From NCBI GenBank assembly GCA_027487315.1, contig JAIYDW010000062.1, positions 26,043 to 90,042 on the forward strand: 64,000 nt of DNA, given 5' to 3'. The notes beneath the pieces are model-generated. The model searched no databases, had not been told where the DNA came from, and saw only the letters and a list, made by a program, of their open reading frames with translations. The position numbers were made by a program, and so were the translations under genes. Origin of the DNA: Verrucomicrobiaceae bacterium. GTDB lineage: Bacteria > Verrucomicrobiota > Verrucomicrobiia > Verrucomicrobiales > Verrucomicrobiaceae. Below, piece by piece: positions 1 through 9,787 of the stretch (positions are counted from its first letter, which is position 1; each line of letters opens with the position of its first letter).

Positions 1-925
1 CGTAGCCCCGGGCGGCCAGCCAATCGGCGAGGAGGATAGCGGAATCTTCGCAATCGCCCATGCCGCGGGTTTGAGTTTGAAGCGCGGTTTGCCAGCGGTC
101 CGTTTTTTCTTTTTTCACGCCGGGATCTCGAGTGTAGGCGCAACTTTGATGAACGGCGGACCAAATGGTGAATAACTGCTCAACACGGGACTGGCCTTTG
201 GGATAAATGGATGGTGGCTGGTAGCCTGTGAGGTAGTGATTGACGTAGTGGAAGTGGCCAGAGGTATCGGCGGCGATGACGGCGTAGGTTCGATGGCAGG
301 ATGGGCACTCGAGGCTGGAGCTCTCCTGGTGGCGCATGGCGCGGCTGATGTGGCTGGATTTGCAGAGAGGGCAGACGTTGTAGAAGGCGTCGTCAGAGGT
401 TTGATGCAGGAGGTTGGGTGAGAATTCGCGCAGGCGACGGCCGGTGACGAGGAGGACTTGGTGGGCCATGCCGCCCGTGGTGGAGCGGCGAACACTGGCC
501 AAGTGGGTCATTTCGGGTGCGATTTTGTTTAGGGAATCGGTCAGGCTGTCTTTAACGAAGTCCAAGGTGGGGCCTGAAGCTGCGCTGACGGAGATTTTGA
601 GGTAGCGGGGTGACGATTCCTGAATCTGACTGACGACTGCGTCGAGGTTGTCGAGTGGGAGTCCGTCGTCGACGGCGCGCTGCAGCCAGGATTCGAGTTC
701 CTGGTCCGTTTGCAGGAGGGGTTGGGAGTTAGAGATTCGGGTGTAGTTGGCAAAGTCGAGCAGACCGACTCGGAAGAGGTTGATTTTTTTGGTATCTTCG
801 CTGCCCAAAGTCAATCGGGTCCAGAGAGCTTTCCATGTGGTGGCGTGACTTTCGTTCAGCCCTTTGACGGTGCCGGCGATGATCGCGGAACCGAGGCAAA
901 GGAGAAGAATGAGGCGCTTTCCCAT
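1..925 (-). CDS. Transglutaminase-like (papain-fold) protein with zinc-ribbon CxxC...CxxC and an N-terminal signal/anchor. The 3' end runs off the window (partial).
   Basis: Hand translation of the reverse strand from ATG (925-923); positions 1-300 checked codon by codon with no in-frame stop, positions 301-925 translated by eye without encountering a stop. It is absent from the ORF track because it has no stop in the window. Sequence: MGKRLILLLCLGSAIIAG..., CPLCKSS...CPSCHRTY, then GMGDCEDSAILLADWLAARGY, which resembles the transglutaminase-core Cys motif. Confidence 0.55.
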   Translation of the reverse strand, partial: MGKRLILLLCLGSAIIAGTVKGLNESHATTWKALWTRLTLGSEDTKKINLFRVGLLDFANYTRISNSQPLLQTDQELESWLQRAVDDGLPLDNLDAVVSQIQESSPRYLKISVSAASGPTLDFVKDSLTDSLNKIAPEMTHLASVRRSTTGGMAHQVLLVTGRRLREFSPNLLHQTSDDAFYNVCPLCKSSHISRAMRHQESSSLECPSCHRTYAVIAADTSGHFHYVNHYLTGYQPPSIYPKGQSRVEQLFTIWSAVHQSCAYTRDPGVKKEKTDRWQTALQTQTRGMGDCEDSAILLADWLAARGY

Positions 926-1037
926 TATGGAAAGTATAGCAGATACAATTGGCGGTTCAATGGGAATCGTTGGCTCTATGATGACAAAGAGCACCGCGGA
1001 ATGCAGGGATTTCTGCGATGTGTCAATTTACGTAACT

Positions 1038-2237
1038 CTAAAGTTTCAAAATCGTTACATTGCTGCCTGCTTCGATTGAGGAATCGGGGTTGATACGCAA
1101 GAGGCTATTGGCTTCTGCGAGAGCAAAGAGCGCGTCACTACGTTGGAGTCCGCTGGCCGTAAACTGACCTTTTTGAAGGACACCCCGGATGTAGTGTGGG
1201 CGGTCTCCAGGGTTGGTGACTTCATGAGAGAGGGTGGCGGTTGCTGTGGGAGGGCTGAGATCGCTGGAAGGGGTTCCGCACCATTTGAGGAGTGCAGGGC
1301 GAACGAAGAGTTGGAAAGTGACGAAGGTGGAGACTGGATTTCCGGGAAGGCCGAAGACGAACAGTGGCTTGGGCATCGAGCGATGGGTGAAGAGGAAAGG
1401 CTTGCCGGGTTTGATTTTGATTCGCCATAACTGAGGGGGTATGCCGAGTTCGGAGAGAGCTGGCTTGACATGGTCTTTGTCTCCGACCGAGACGCCGCCA
1501 CTCAGGATAATGATATCGTTTTGTTCTGACAGCCTTTGGAGGGTGGAGGTAGTATCAACGAGTGTATCAGGGGTATGAGCCAGTTCGGTGATCGGGAGGC
1601 CGAGTTGGAGCAGCAGGGCGGCGATCATGGAGCCGTTGGAATTGTAGAGCTGGCCGGGCAAGAGGGGGGCTGTGCCAGGGGGGACGAGTTCGTCGCCAGT
1701 GCTTAAGATGGCGATTCGAGGGAGGCGATAGACAGGCAAGTGAGTGAGGCCTTGAGAGGCTAGAAGGCCGATCCGACCTGGGGAAATGAGGGCGCCGGGT
1801 TGGAGAAGGATTTGGCCGGAGCAGAGATCGCTGCCTTGGAGTCGGATGTTTTCGCCTGGAATGACGGGTTCGGTGCAGGAGATGGAGTTGTCAATAACGG
1901 TGACGACTTCCTGCATGATAACGGCATCGCACCCTTTGGGGAGCGGCGCGCCGGTAAAGATCCGGATAGCGTGTCGGGGGGCCTCGATTTTGAGTTGGAG
2001 ATCGGGTCCGGCGGGTTGGATGCCGATGACGGTGATGGGCGAAGGATCGCGAGTGTCCGCAGCGCGAACGGCGTAGCCGTCCATCATGGAGTTATCGAAT
2101 CCGGGAAGGGGGATGGTGGCTGTTTGCTGAGTAGCGCAGCGGCGATTCAGGGTTTCAAGAAGCGGAAGAGACTCCGAAGTGGTGTTCTTTGGGATGGCTT
2201 CGAGAATTTTGGCGAGGGCTTCGGACTCGGTGATCAT
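1038..2237 (-). CDS. moeA: Molybdopterin molybdenumtransferase MoeA
   Basis: 399-aa ORF with the MoeA signature ...PGFDNSMMDGYAVRAADT... and full-length MoeA N/linker/C architecture. Its start overlaps the stop of the upstream ORF (ATGA). Confidence 0.9.
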   Translation of the reverse strand: MITESEALAKILEAIPKNTTSESLPLLETLNRRCATQQTATIPLPGFDNSMMDGYAVRAADTRDPSPITVIGIQPAGPDLQLKIEAPRHAIRIFTGAPLPKGCDAVIMQEVVTVIDNSISCTEPVIPGENIRLQGSDLCSGQILLQPGALISPGRIGLLASQGLTHLPVYRLPRIAILSTGDELVPPGTAPLLPGQLYNSNGSMIAALLLQLGLPITELAHTPDTLVDTTSTLQRLSEQNDIIILSGGVSVGDKDHVKPALSELGIPPQLWRIKIKPGKPFLFTHRSMPKPLFVFGLPGNPVSTFVTFQLFVRPALLKWCGTPSSDLSPPTATATLSHEVTNPGDRPHYIRGVLQKGQFTASGLQRSDALFALAEANSLLRINPDSSIEAGSNVTILKL

Positions 2238-2797
2238 GGGGCGATAGAGGCAGGGGGCTCTTCAGGGAGAGGCTCCAAAGGAATTGTCGGGAGAGGGGTT
2301 GAAGGGCTGTTTATGGTGGGAGGTGCAAGCGAATTGGTGTCGGGAGAGAGAATGGGAGGGGGCTGTCCGTCGCGCCATTCGACAGAGCTTGGGTTGGTGG
2401 CTGAGGGGAGGGATGGATTGACGGTGGGGGCAGGAACGGGTGGGGGGGCGGTTGGATCTGGCTGGTAGATGACAAGATTGCCGGGGCGAGGGTTTCCGGA
2501 TTTGATGTCGGCAGTGACGTGAGTTCCTTTGCGTTCGGGGGAGATGGTCAGTTGAGTGAGGGCACCCGTTGCGTCCAAGGCGGTCAAGGCTTGTCCAATG
2601 GGCATGGGTTGACGTGACTGCATCTTGATGAGAACAAACTTTTGGTCAGGGTTGACGAATTCGATGATGCCTACCGCGATGGGGTCGTTCTTGGGTTTTT
2701 CGGAGTTGTCCTTTGAGTCTTTGTCTTTGCTGGTGGAGGCGCAGGCTGTGAGGAGTGCGACAAAGCAAACGAGAAGTATGCGGTGGTAAAGGATCAC
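2234..2797 (-). CDS. Small secreted lipoprotein with a Pro-rich C-terminal tail (hypothetical)
   Basis: Track ORF 2234-2935 trimmed to GTG at 2797. This gives M-ILYHRILLVCFVALLTAC-AS, a signal peptide plus lipobox LTAC. It is translationally coupled to moeA. No recognisable family. Confidence 0.5.
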   Translation of the reverse strand: MILYHRILLVCFVALLTACASTSKDKDSKDNSEKPKNDPIAVGIIEFVNPDQKFVLIKMQSRQPMPIGQALTALDATGALTQLTISPERKGTHVTADIKSGNPRPGNLVIYQPDPTAPPPVPAPTVNPSLPSATNPSSVEWRDGQPPPILSPDTNSLAPPTINSPSTPLPTIPLEPLPEEPPASIAP

Positions 2798-3234
2798 AAG
2801 AAGAGGGTAGGGGAATTGGAGGTGGAGAACAAGCTTTGAACCCAGAATTGGAGACTGGAGGGATTCGTTTGCACGAGAAAGGCACCGCGACGCGAGGTCA
2901 CGGTGCCTTAGAATCCCACCTGTGCCGTTCGGCATGAGGGCTCACGTATCCCAGCGAGTCCAGGTGGGAGCCCAGCGAATCCTGGAGGTCGTCTTCCCCG
3001 AGGGGCCTGACAGAACCTCCTGGTCGAGCGCTCCCATGATTGAAGAATCGGGCCGGGCCACTAATTCCGATAACGAACACTGCAGGAAAGGATTGCAGAA
3101 ACCGGTTCCACAATTTGGAACCGAATCGTCTGCCAAAGCATGTCAAAGAGCCACCGCTGAGAAGCCGATGATGGGATTGAGATACGTCGCTCGTTGGGCA
3201 GATGCAATGCGAATTCGGGAGGGGGTGTCGCAGA

Positions 3235-4203
3235 CTATCGGCGTTTCCAAGTGAGGACTCTGGCCAATCGGTCGGTCACGCTGCGGGAGGCCGAGGGCTG
3301 GGGTGTTTGCAGGTCGGAGTCTGCCAAGATATCGGGATCACCCGAATCAAAATCTTCTGCGCGGGGCAGGCTGAGGAACGCTGGGGGAAGGGTTTGCTCC
3401 GAAAAGGTGGCGGAGAGGTCAACGCTAGCGTCTGCGACGGTTTCCGTGGTTTGGGGAAGCTCATTTGATTGGACCAAGGGGCGCTGATTGAGCGGAGCGA
3501 TGCCCGCATCGGGGCCGATGAGACCTCCTGAGAAGACGAGTTTCATGGCGTCCTCCATGGAGAGAGGGGCATCGGTGACTTTTTCGGAATCGACAACGAG
3601 GAGCAGACCGGTGGTGGGATTGGGAGTGGTGGGGATGAAGACGGAGGTGAGGGCCTTGCCTGATTTGGCGTCGGTGAATTGGCCTGTGACGAAAGCGACG
3701 AGGCGCATGCCGGGCACGGGATAGTCGATGTAGGCGACGCGTTTGAAGCTTTGGGCGCCGCCGATGGTCTTGAACGAGTCGATGACTTGTTTGAGAGATT
3801 TGTAGATGAAGGAGACGAAGGGGATGCGGAGCATCAGGCGATCAAAGGCGGTGACGATATGAACGCCGATGAAGTTGGTGGCCATAAAGCCGAGGGCGAT
3901 CAGGGCGACGATGGGAATGAGCACACCGATGAACCGGGTGGCCATGAGATAACGAGGGTCTTCGGTGCTGATGACCGGCTTTCCTGCGAGTTCATTGGCG
4001 AGATCAGCGAACCATTTGACGATGGGCTCGCTGGAGCCGTGGAGGAGGCTGTAGATGAACTGAAGGATGACAAAGGTGATGATCAGCGGGAGCGCGAGAG
4101 CGAGGCCAGCGAGAAACTTGTTTCGGATCCACACCATGACGCCACCGGCTGCTGGAGCAGCAGTGGGTGGGACGAGGGATTCGGGTTGGAGGGGTGGGAT
4201 CAC
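3235..4203 (-). CDS. DUF502 family membrane protein
   Basis: VWIRNKFLAGLALALPLIITFVILQFIY... is the N-terminal TM pair typical of DUF502. The start is either GTG 4203 or ATG 4137. Confidence 0.75.
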   Translation of the reverse strand: MIPPLQPESLVPPTAAPAAGGVMVWIRNKFLAGLALALPLIITFVILQFIYSLLHGSSEPIVKWFADLANELAGKPVISTEDPRYLMATRFIGVLIPIVALIALGFMATNFIGVHIVTAFDRLMLRIPFVSFIYKSLKQVIDSFKTIGGAQSFKRVAYIDYPVPGMRLVAFVTGQFTDAKSGKALTSVFIPTTPNPTTGLLLVVDSEKVTDAPLSMEDAMKLVFSGGLIGPDAGIAPLNQRPLVQSNELPQTTETVADASVDLSATFSEQTLPPAFLSLPRAEDFDSGDPDILADSDLQTPQPSASRSVTDRLARVLTWKRR

Positions 4204-4394
4204 GGAGGAGGTGAAAAGTGACGCTCAATGGGTTACGACAATCGAAACGTCTTTTCTCTTCAAAAAAGGTTTCGCGATTGTAACCTGGAATTGCGAGGGA
4301 AGCAACCGTGCCGGAAACGGGCGCGGGTTACGAGTGCCCTCCGGACAACAGATCCCTGCTATCCGGATGCACTTGAGGGGTGTTGATCGGCCGA

Positions 4395-5513
4395 CTAAGC
4401 GCCGACGAGCATCCTGGCAGGATTCTCGATGCAGTCTTTGACCCGCAAGAGGAAGGTGACGGCTTCTTTGCCATCCACGACGCGATGATCGTAGCTGAGG
4501 GCCAGATACATCATGGGGCGGATAACGACTTGTCCATCAATGGCCATGGGGCGCTGCTGGATGCTGTGCATGCCGAGGATCGCGCTTTGAGGCGGGTTGA
4601 GGATGGGGGTGCTGAGGAGCGAGCCGTAGACGCCGCCGTTGGAGATGGTGAAGACGCCGCCGGAGAGGTCGCTGATTTGGAGTTTGCCGTCTTTGGCCTT
4701 TTTCGCGTAGGCGAGGATGTCGAGTTCGAGGTCGGCGAAGGATTTTTTGTCGCAGTCGTGGAGGACGGGAACGACGAGGCCGCGTTCGGTGCCGACGGCG
4801 ACGCCGATGTCGTAGTAGTGTTGGTGGACGATTTCGTCGCCCTCGACGCGGACGTTGATGCCTGGGACGGCTTTGAGAGCTTCGACAACGGCTTTGATGA
4901 AGAAGGACATGAAGCCGAGTTTGACGCCGTTCTTGGCGAGGAAACCGTCTTGGAGCTTCTTGCGCATGTCCATGACAGCGGTCATGTCACATTCGTTGAA
5001 AGTGGTGAGGATGGCGGCGGTTTGCTGGGCGCTGACGAGTTGGTCAGCGATTTTGCGGCGCAGGGGTGTCATTTTTTTCCGAGTGACACGGCCTGAGGCG
5101 GGGGTGGATTGAGGGGCGGGAGCGGAAGGTTTTGGGGCTTCGGCGGGGGCCTTGAATTCGGTGATGTTTGCGGGCTCCGCTGGAGCGGGCGTTGGAGCAG
5201 GTGCCGCGACGGGAGTTGGGGCGGTTGCGACCGGGGCAGGAGCGGGGGGCTCTGGTTGGGCAGGGGCGGGAGCGCCTGCGGACTCGGCGATGGTGGCGAC
5301 GACATTGCCGATTTCGACATCTTCCCCTTCATTTTTGAGGATGGTCAGGGTGCCGGAGGCTTCGGCGGTGACTTCGGCGGCGACTTTATCGGTCTCGAGA
5401 GTGAGGAGGACGTCACCGACTTTGACGGCGTCACCGGTTTTGAAGTTCCATTTGGCGATTTGACCACCTGCGACGGACTCGCCGAGGGCTGGGATTTTGA
5501 CTTCTGTGGACAT
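4395..5513 (-). CDS. sucB: Dihydrolipoyllysine-residue succinyltransferase (E2 of 2-oxoglutarate dehydrogenase)
   Basis: Lipoyl domain with [12 protein letters not shown], an Ala/Pro-rich linker, and a catalytic domain with SYDHRVVDG. It lies directly downstream of sucA. Confidence 0.9.
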   Translation of the reverse strand: MSTEVKIPALGESVAGGQIAKWNFKTGDAVKVGDVLLTLETDKVAAEVTAEASGTLTILKNEGEDVEIGNVVATIAESAGAPAPAQPEPPAPAPVATAPTPVAAPAPTPAPAEPANITEFKAPAEAPKPSAPAPQSTPASGRVTRKKMTPLRRKIADQLVSAQQTAAILTTFNECDMTAVMDMRKKLQDGFLAKNGVKLGFMSFFIKAVVEALKAVPGINVRVEGDEIVHQHYYDIGVAVGTERGLVVPVLHDCDKKSFADLELDILAYAKKAKDGKLQISDLSGGVFTISNGGVYGSLLSTPILNPPQSAILGMHSIQQRPMAIDGQVVIRPMMYLALSYDHRVVDGKEAVTFLLRVKDCIENPARMLVGA

Positions 5514-5566
5514 GAGTGATGGAGGGGAGGGATGAAGAGGGGCGGTGGAGAACGATGGTGTGGATC

Positions 5567-8326
5567 TTAGACTTCGAAGGCGTCTTCGACGAGGCGTTGT
5601 TGTTCGTGGAGGTGAACGGCTTTGGAGCCCGCGGCTGGGCTAGCGCTGCGTTCACGACCGGCGTAACGGACGGGGTGATTGCTGACCTCTTGCAGGCGAC
5701 GAGAGATGTAGGACCAGGAGCCCATGTTGCGGGGCTCTTCCTGACACCAGACGAGTTTTTTCTGAGCGCGAGGGTAGCGTGAGACGATGGCCTTGAGCAT
5801 TTCCCAGTGGAGAGGGTAGAGTTGCTCAATGCGGATGATGGCGGCATTTTTGATGCCCTGCTCTTCACGATATTTGATGAGGTCGTAGTAGACCTTGCCT
5901 GAGCAGAGGATGAGGCGGGTGACTTTTTCAGGGGCGACAGTGAGTTTGTCGTCGTCGAGGATTTCCTGGAAGGAGGTGCCTTCGGCCATGTCTTCGAGTT
6001 TGGACTGGCAGAGGGGATGGCGCAGGAGGCTCTTGGGCGTCATGACGACGAGCGGCTTGCGAATGCCGCGCTTCATTTGGCGCCGGAGAGCGTGGAAGTA
6101 CTGAGCGGGGGTGGAGAAGTTGCAGACCTGCCAGTTGCCTTCGGCGCTGAGTTGAAGGAAGCGTTCGAGGCGTGCGCTGGAGTGCTCAGGGCCCTGGCCT
6201 TCGTAGCCGTGTGGCAGGAGAAGCACGAGGTGGCTGGCTTGCATCCATTTGCTTTCCGCGCTGGCGATGAATTGGTCGATGATGACTTGGGCACCATTGA
6301 TGAAGTCGCCGAATTGGGCTTCCCAGCAGATGAGAACGTTGGGTGTCAGGAGAGAGTAGCCGTAATCGAAACCGAGAACGGCGGCTTCGGAGAGGAGGCT
6401 GTTGTAAACGCAGAAGCGGCCCTGGTCCGGGGTGAGATTTTGGAGGGGGATGAAGCGTTCGCGAGTCTCGGTGTCGTAGAGGACGGAGTGGCGTTGGGAG
6501 AAGGTGCCGCGACGGCTATCCTGGCCGGAGAGCCGGACGCCATGGCCGTCGGTGAGGAGGGTTCCGAAGGCGAGGGCCTCGGCATGTGCCCAGTCGAAGC
6601 CTTCACCGGTTTCGATGGCCTTGCGGCGTGCGGCGAGGAATCGGCGCTCGATGGTGGGGTGGAGGCGGAATTCGGTGGGGGTGTCGAGGAGTTTGGTGCC
6701 GACGGAGCGCAGGGTATCGATGGGGACCCCGGTGGGGATGACATCGTAGCAGTAGCCGGGTTGAGGAATAAAGAGGAAACCTTCGAAGGGGTTGCCACCG
6801 GCTTCTTTCTCACGTTTTTGAAGGCCTTGGACGCCGTCTTCGAGTTCCTGGACGAGTTCTTGTTCGAGGGTCGCGGCTTGCTCCGATGTGAGGACGTTGG
6901 AAGCGATGAGCTGATCCCGGAACAGGGTGGCCGTGGAGGGATGGCTGGCGATGGCGCGGGCCATGTTGGGCTGGGTGAATGCGGGCTCGTCGGTTTCGTT
7001 GTGGCCGTAGCGGCGGTAGCAGACGATGTCGATGACGACATCACGGGCGAAGGTTTGCCGGAACTCGAGAGCGAGCTGGGTGACCCAGGCGATTTCGAGG
7101 GGGCAATCACCATTGACATGGAAGATGGGGACTTCGAGGAACTTGGCGATGTCGGTGCAGTAGTCCGAGGAGCGGGCGTCGGCGGGAAGGGTGGTGAAAC
7201 CGATCTGGTTGTTGACGACGACGTGGATGGTTCCGCCGGTGCGATAGCCGGGGAGTTGGGAAAGGTTCAGCACTTCGGCAACGATGCCTTGGCCGGCGAA
7301 GGCGGCATCACCGTGAACGAGGACGGGGATGACTTTTTTGCGTTCGAGCGTGTCATCAAGAGCGCGCTGGCGGGCGCGGGCCTTGCCTTCGACAACAGGG
7401 TCGACAGCTTCGAGGTGGCTGGGGTTGGCGGCGAGCATGATGCCGACGCTGTCGCCAGATTCGGTTTGGCGAACGGTTTCGAAGCCGAGGTGATACTTCA
7501 CGTCGCCATCGCCAGCGACCATGTTGGGGACGTAGTTCTCGGTGAATTCGTAGAAGAGAACTTCGAGGGGTTTGCGGAGGAAGTTGGCGAGCACGCTGAG
7601 GCGGCCGCGGTGGGCCATGCCCATGACGATTTCTTTGCCGCCGAGAGCTGGCAGGCCTTCGAAGATGGTGCCGAGGGCAACGAGGAGGCCTTCACCGCCT
7701 TCGACGGAGAAGCGTTTTTGGCCGACGTAACGGCGGTGGAGGAAACGCTCGAAGGTTTCGGCTTCAAGGAGCCAACGGAGGGCGCCGATTTGTTTTTTGG
7801 CAGGGGGAACTGGGTGTTCGAGGCGATTTTCGATGCGATCCTGAAGCCACTGGCGGACTTCAGGAGTGTGGATGTGCATGTACTCGAAGCCGATCCGGTC
7901 GCAGTAGATGGAACGGAGATCTTTGAGCATCGCACTGAGCGGCATGGACTTGCCCTGGCGGAAGAGTTGAGTCTGGACGGACTCATTCATGTCACTCTCA
8001 GTGAAACCGAGAGAGGCCATGCTGAGGATCGCTGGGGTGGGGGCGGTCTTGCTGAGAGGGTCGAGCCAGGCAGCGGTGTGGCCGAGCGAGCGGAAAGTGT
8101 GGAGTGCGTTGGAGACGCGCATCCGGAAGTTGAGCGTTTCTTCCGAGAGGGATTGGGGGAGGCTGGAAGAGGCGTTTTTCTTGGTGGCAAGGTGGGCCAT
8201 GCCGAGTTCGAAACCCTCAAAGAAAGAGGCCCAGGTGGCGTCCACGGATTTGGGGTCTAGAGACCATTGGGAGTATTGGGATTCGAGGATGTCCTGATTC
8301 GAACGGGACGGTAAAGTGGCGCTCAT
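5567..8326 (-). CDS. sucA: 2-oxoglutarate dehydrogenase E1 component
   Basis: 919-aa ORF with full-length similarity to SucA (…RGHNETDEP-like [14 protein letters not shown], transketolase-like C-terminal half). Confidence 0.95.
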   Translation of the reverse strand: MSATLPSRSNQDILESQYSQWSLDPKSVDATWASFFEGFELGMAHLATKKNASSSLPQSLSEETLNFRMRVSNALHTFRSLGHTAAWLDPLSKTAPTPAILSMASLGFTESDMNESVQTQLFRQGKSMPLSAMLKDLRSIYCDRIGFEYMHIHTPEVRQWLQDRIENRLEHPVPPAKKQIGALRWLLEAETFERFLHRRYVGQKRFSVEGGEGLLVALGTIFEGLPALGGKEIVMGMAHRGRLSVLANFLRKPLEVLFYEFTENYVPNMVAGDGDVKYHLGFETVRQTESGDSVGIMLAANPSHLEAVDPVVEGKARARQRALDDTLERKKVIPVLVHGDAAFAGQGIVAEVLNLSQLPGYRTGGTIHVVVNNQIGFTTLPADARSSDYCTDIAKFLEVPIFHVNGDCPLEIAWVTQLALEFRQTFARDVVIDIVCYRRYGHNETDEPAFTQPNMARAIASHPSTATLFRDQLIASNVLTSEQAATLEQELVQELEDGVQGLQKREKEAGGNPFEGFLFIPQPGYCYDVIPTGVPIDTLRSVGTKLLDTPTEFRLHPTIERRFLAARRKAIETGEGFDWAHAEALAFGTLLTDGHGVRLSGQDSRRGTFSQRHSVLYDTETRERFIPLQNLTPDQGRFCVYNSLLSEAAVLGFDYGYSLLTPNVLICWEAQFGDFINGAQVIIDQFIASAESKWMQASHLVLLLPHGYEGQGPEHSSARLERFLQLSAEGNWQVCNFSTPAQYFHALRRQMKRGIRKPLVVMTPKSLLRHPLCQSKLEDMAEGTSFQEILDDDKLTVAPEKVTRLILCSGKVYYDLIKYREEQGIKNAAIIRIEQLYPLHWEMLKAIVSRYPRAQKKLVWCQEEPRNMGSWSYISRRLQEVSNHPVRYAGRERSASPAAGSKAVHLHEQQRLVEDAFEV

Positions 8327-8486
8327 GGATGGTGCTGAATATTTTTGGGGGAGTTAATCATCTACCGCATTCAGGTGGTGTGCAACTGCCGAGGTGGTAG
8401 AAAATGAGCCCAAAACTGGTGATTTTGGGATTAGTGAAGAGTCAATTCGGATTGACCTTGGTGAAAGGGAGGGGAAGAAGGGGGGG

Positions 8487-8903
8487 ATGGCAGCATTTGT
8501 TGACGCATTGACGGTGAGGACGCAGGGGAAGGGGACCTATGAGATTACGGAGGCGTGCGAGGAGGTGGTTCGTAAAAGTGGCATTAGAACGGGAATGGCG
8601 ACGGTGTTTGTGCAGCATACGAGTTGTTCGTTGGTGATCTTTGAGAATGCGGACCGGTCTGCGAGGATGGATTTGCATGCGTTTTTTGACCGGTTGGTGC
8701 CGGAGGAGGCGGGCTACTTCGTTCATACGCATGAGGGGGCGGATGATATGCCAAGCCATTTGCGGATGGTATTGACGCGGACGTCGGAGGTGATTCCGGT
8801 GGTGGAGGGGAGGCTGGCGCTGGGGACGTGGCAGGGGATTTTTCTTTTTGAGCATCGCCGGGCTCCGCATGTGAGGTCGGTGGTGGTGAGCGTAGTGGGG
8901 TAG
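8487..8903 (+). CDS. yjbQ: YjbQ/UPF0047 family protein (secondary thiamine-phosphate synthase enzyme)
   Basis: MAAFVDALTVRTQGKGTYEITE...VFVQHTSCSLVIFENAD...HLRMVLTRTSEVIPVVEGRLALGTWQGIFLFEHR. The start was moved to ATG 8487, which is preceded by a purine-rich stretch. Confidence 0.85.
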   Translation: MAAFVDALTVRTQGKGTYEITEACEEVVRKSGIRTGMATVFVQHTSCSLVIFENADRSARMDLHAFFDRLVPEEAGYFVHTHEGADDMPSHLRMVLTRTSEVIPVVEGRLALGTWQGIFLFEHRRAPHVRSVVVSVVG

Positions 8904-8974
8904 ATTCGGAGGGCAAGATGTCTGGAATGGCGGTTGACCTGGGGAGTTCGACAGGTAGGTTCCGCGCTCTTAAA

Positions 8975-9724
8975 ATGAAAACCACCCTTCAAGCTGCCGT
9001 CGCAGCCACGCTTGCCGTTGCCGCACCTCTGTTCAGTCAAACTCCGGAACCTGCTGCGCCTGCGGGCGAACCTGCGACTGCTCCGGCTCCCGCAACCGGT
9101 CCTGCTGACATGAGCAAGGTGAGTTACTTCATTGGCACGAACATTGGAGGGCAGATGAAGAGCCAGGGGATCAAGATCAACATGGAGGAGCTGGCCGCAG
9201 GCATTAAGACCGCGCTGGAGGGTGGAACACCGAAGTACACTCAAGAGCAGCTGGCCACGGCGATGCAGGCCTTTGAGGGCGAGATGCAAGCGAAGCAGGC
9301 TGCGATGCAGGCTGAAGAAGCAAAGAAGTTCGAGGCTGCGAAGGCTGAGGGCGAAAAGTTTTTGGCTGAGAACAAGAAGCGCGAGGGCGTGACGACGACG
9401 GCGAGTGGCCTGCAGTATGAAGTTCTCACGAAGGCTGACGGTGCCAAGCCAGCGGCAACTGACCAAGTGAAGGTGCACTATCATGGCACGCTGGTGGACG
9501 GCAAAGTGTTCGACAGTTCGCGGGATCGCGGAGAGCCGGTGACCTTCCCTGTGCAAGGGGTGATCAAGGGCTGGGTTGAGGCTTTGCAGTTGATGCCTGT
9601 TGGGTCGAAGTGGAAGTTGTTCATCCCTTCCGAACTGGCTTATGGCAAGCAAGGTGCAGGGGCTGACATTGGTCCTGATTCGGCACTCGTGTTTGAGGTC
9701 GAGTTGCTTGAGATCGTGAAGTAG
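8975..9724 (+). CDS. FKBP-type peptidyl-prolyl cis-trans isomerase (Mip/FkpA-like, secreted)
   Basis: Signal peptide MKTTLQAAVAATLAVAAPLFSQ, a helical N-domain, and a C-terminal FKBP domain (VKVHYHGTLVDGKVFDSS...VIKGWVEALQLMPVGSKWKLFIPSELAYG). Confidence 0.85.
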   Translation: MKTTLQAAVAATLAVAAPLFSQTPEPAAPAGEPATAPAPATGPADMSKVSYFIGTNIGGQMKSQGIKINMEELAAGIKTALEGGTPKYTQEQLATAMQAFEGEMQAKQAAMQAEEAKKFEAAKAEGEKFLAENKKREGVTTTASGLQYEVLTKADGAKPAATDQVKVHYHGTLVDGKVFDSSRDRGEPVTFPVQGVIKGWVEALQLMPVGSKWKLFIPSELAYGKQGAGADIGPDSALVFEVELLEIVK

Positions 9725-9748
9725 TCCTTTTTGACCACTTTTTTGAGA

Positions 9749-9779
9749 GGGCGAACCGGGTAACGGTTCGCCCTTTTTT
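9749..9779 (+). terminator. Rho-independent terminator after the FKBP gene
   Basis: Perfect 10-bp stem GGGCGAACCG / CGGTTCGCCC (9749-9758 / 9764-9773), a 5-nt loop, then TTTTTT (9774-9779). Confidence 0.8.
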
Positions 9780-9787
9780 GTGACGTT

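Noticed and set aside
3010-3017. ACAGAACC, reminiscent of the RNase P RNA P4 3' strand. I also checked the gap for tmRNA, SRP and 6S signatures.
   Set aside because: No GGAAAGUCCGG partner, no tRNA-like acceptor/T-arm or tag reading frame, and no SRP GGAA/AGCA motifs. The similarity is a short chance match.
2922-3254. 110-aa plus-strand ORF inside the large gap upstream of the lipoprotein-moeA pair
   Set aside because: It has no recognisable family, mixed codon bias and no clear ribosome-binding site. It overlaps the 3' end of the DUF502 gene. I kept it only as an alternative explanation in the gap finding.
6017-8260. 747-aa plus-strand ORF antisense to sucA. Similar cases: 50696-53320 (874 aa), 18240-19331, 33745-34995, 37759-39384, 42150-44024, 44063-45691.
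   Set aside because: These are G/E/D/A/V-rich low-complexity translations lying exactly opposite well-supported minus-strand genes. They are shadow ORFs produced by the G-rich plus strand.
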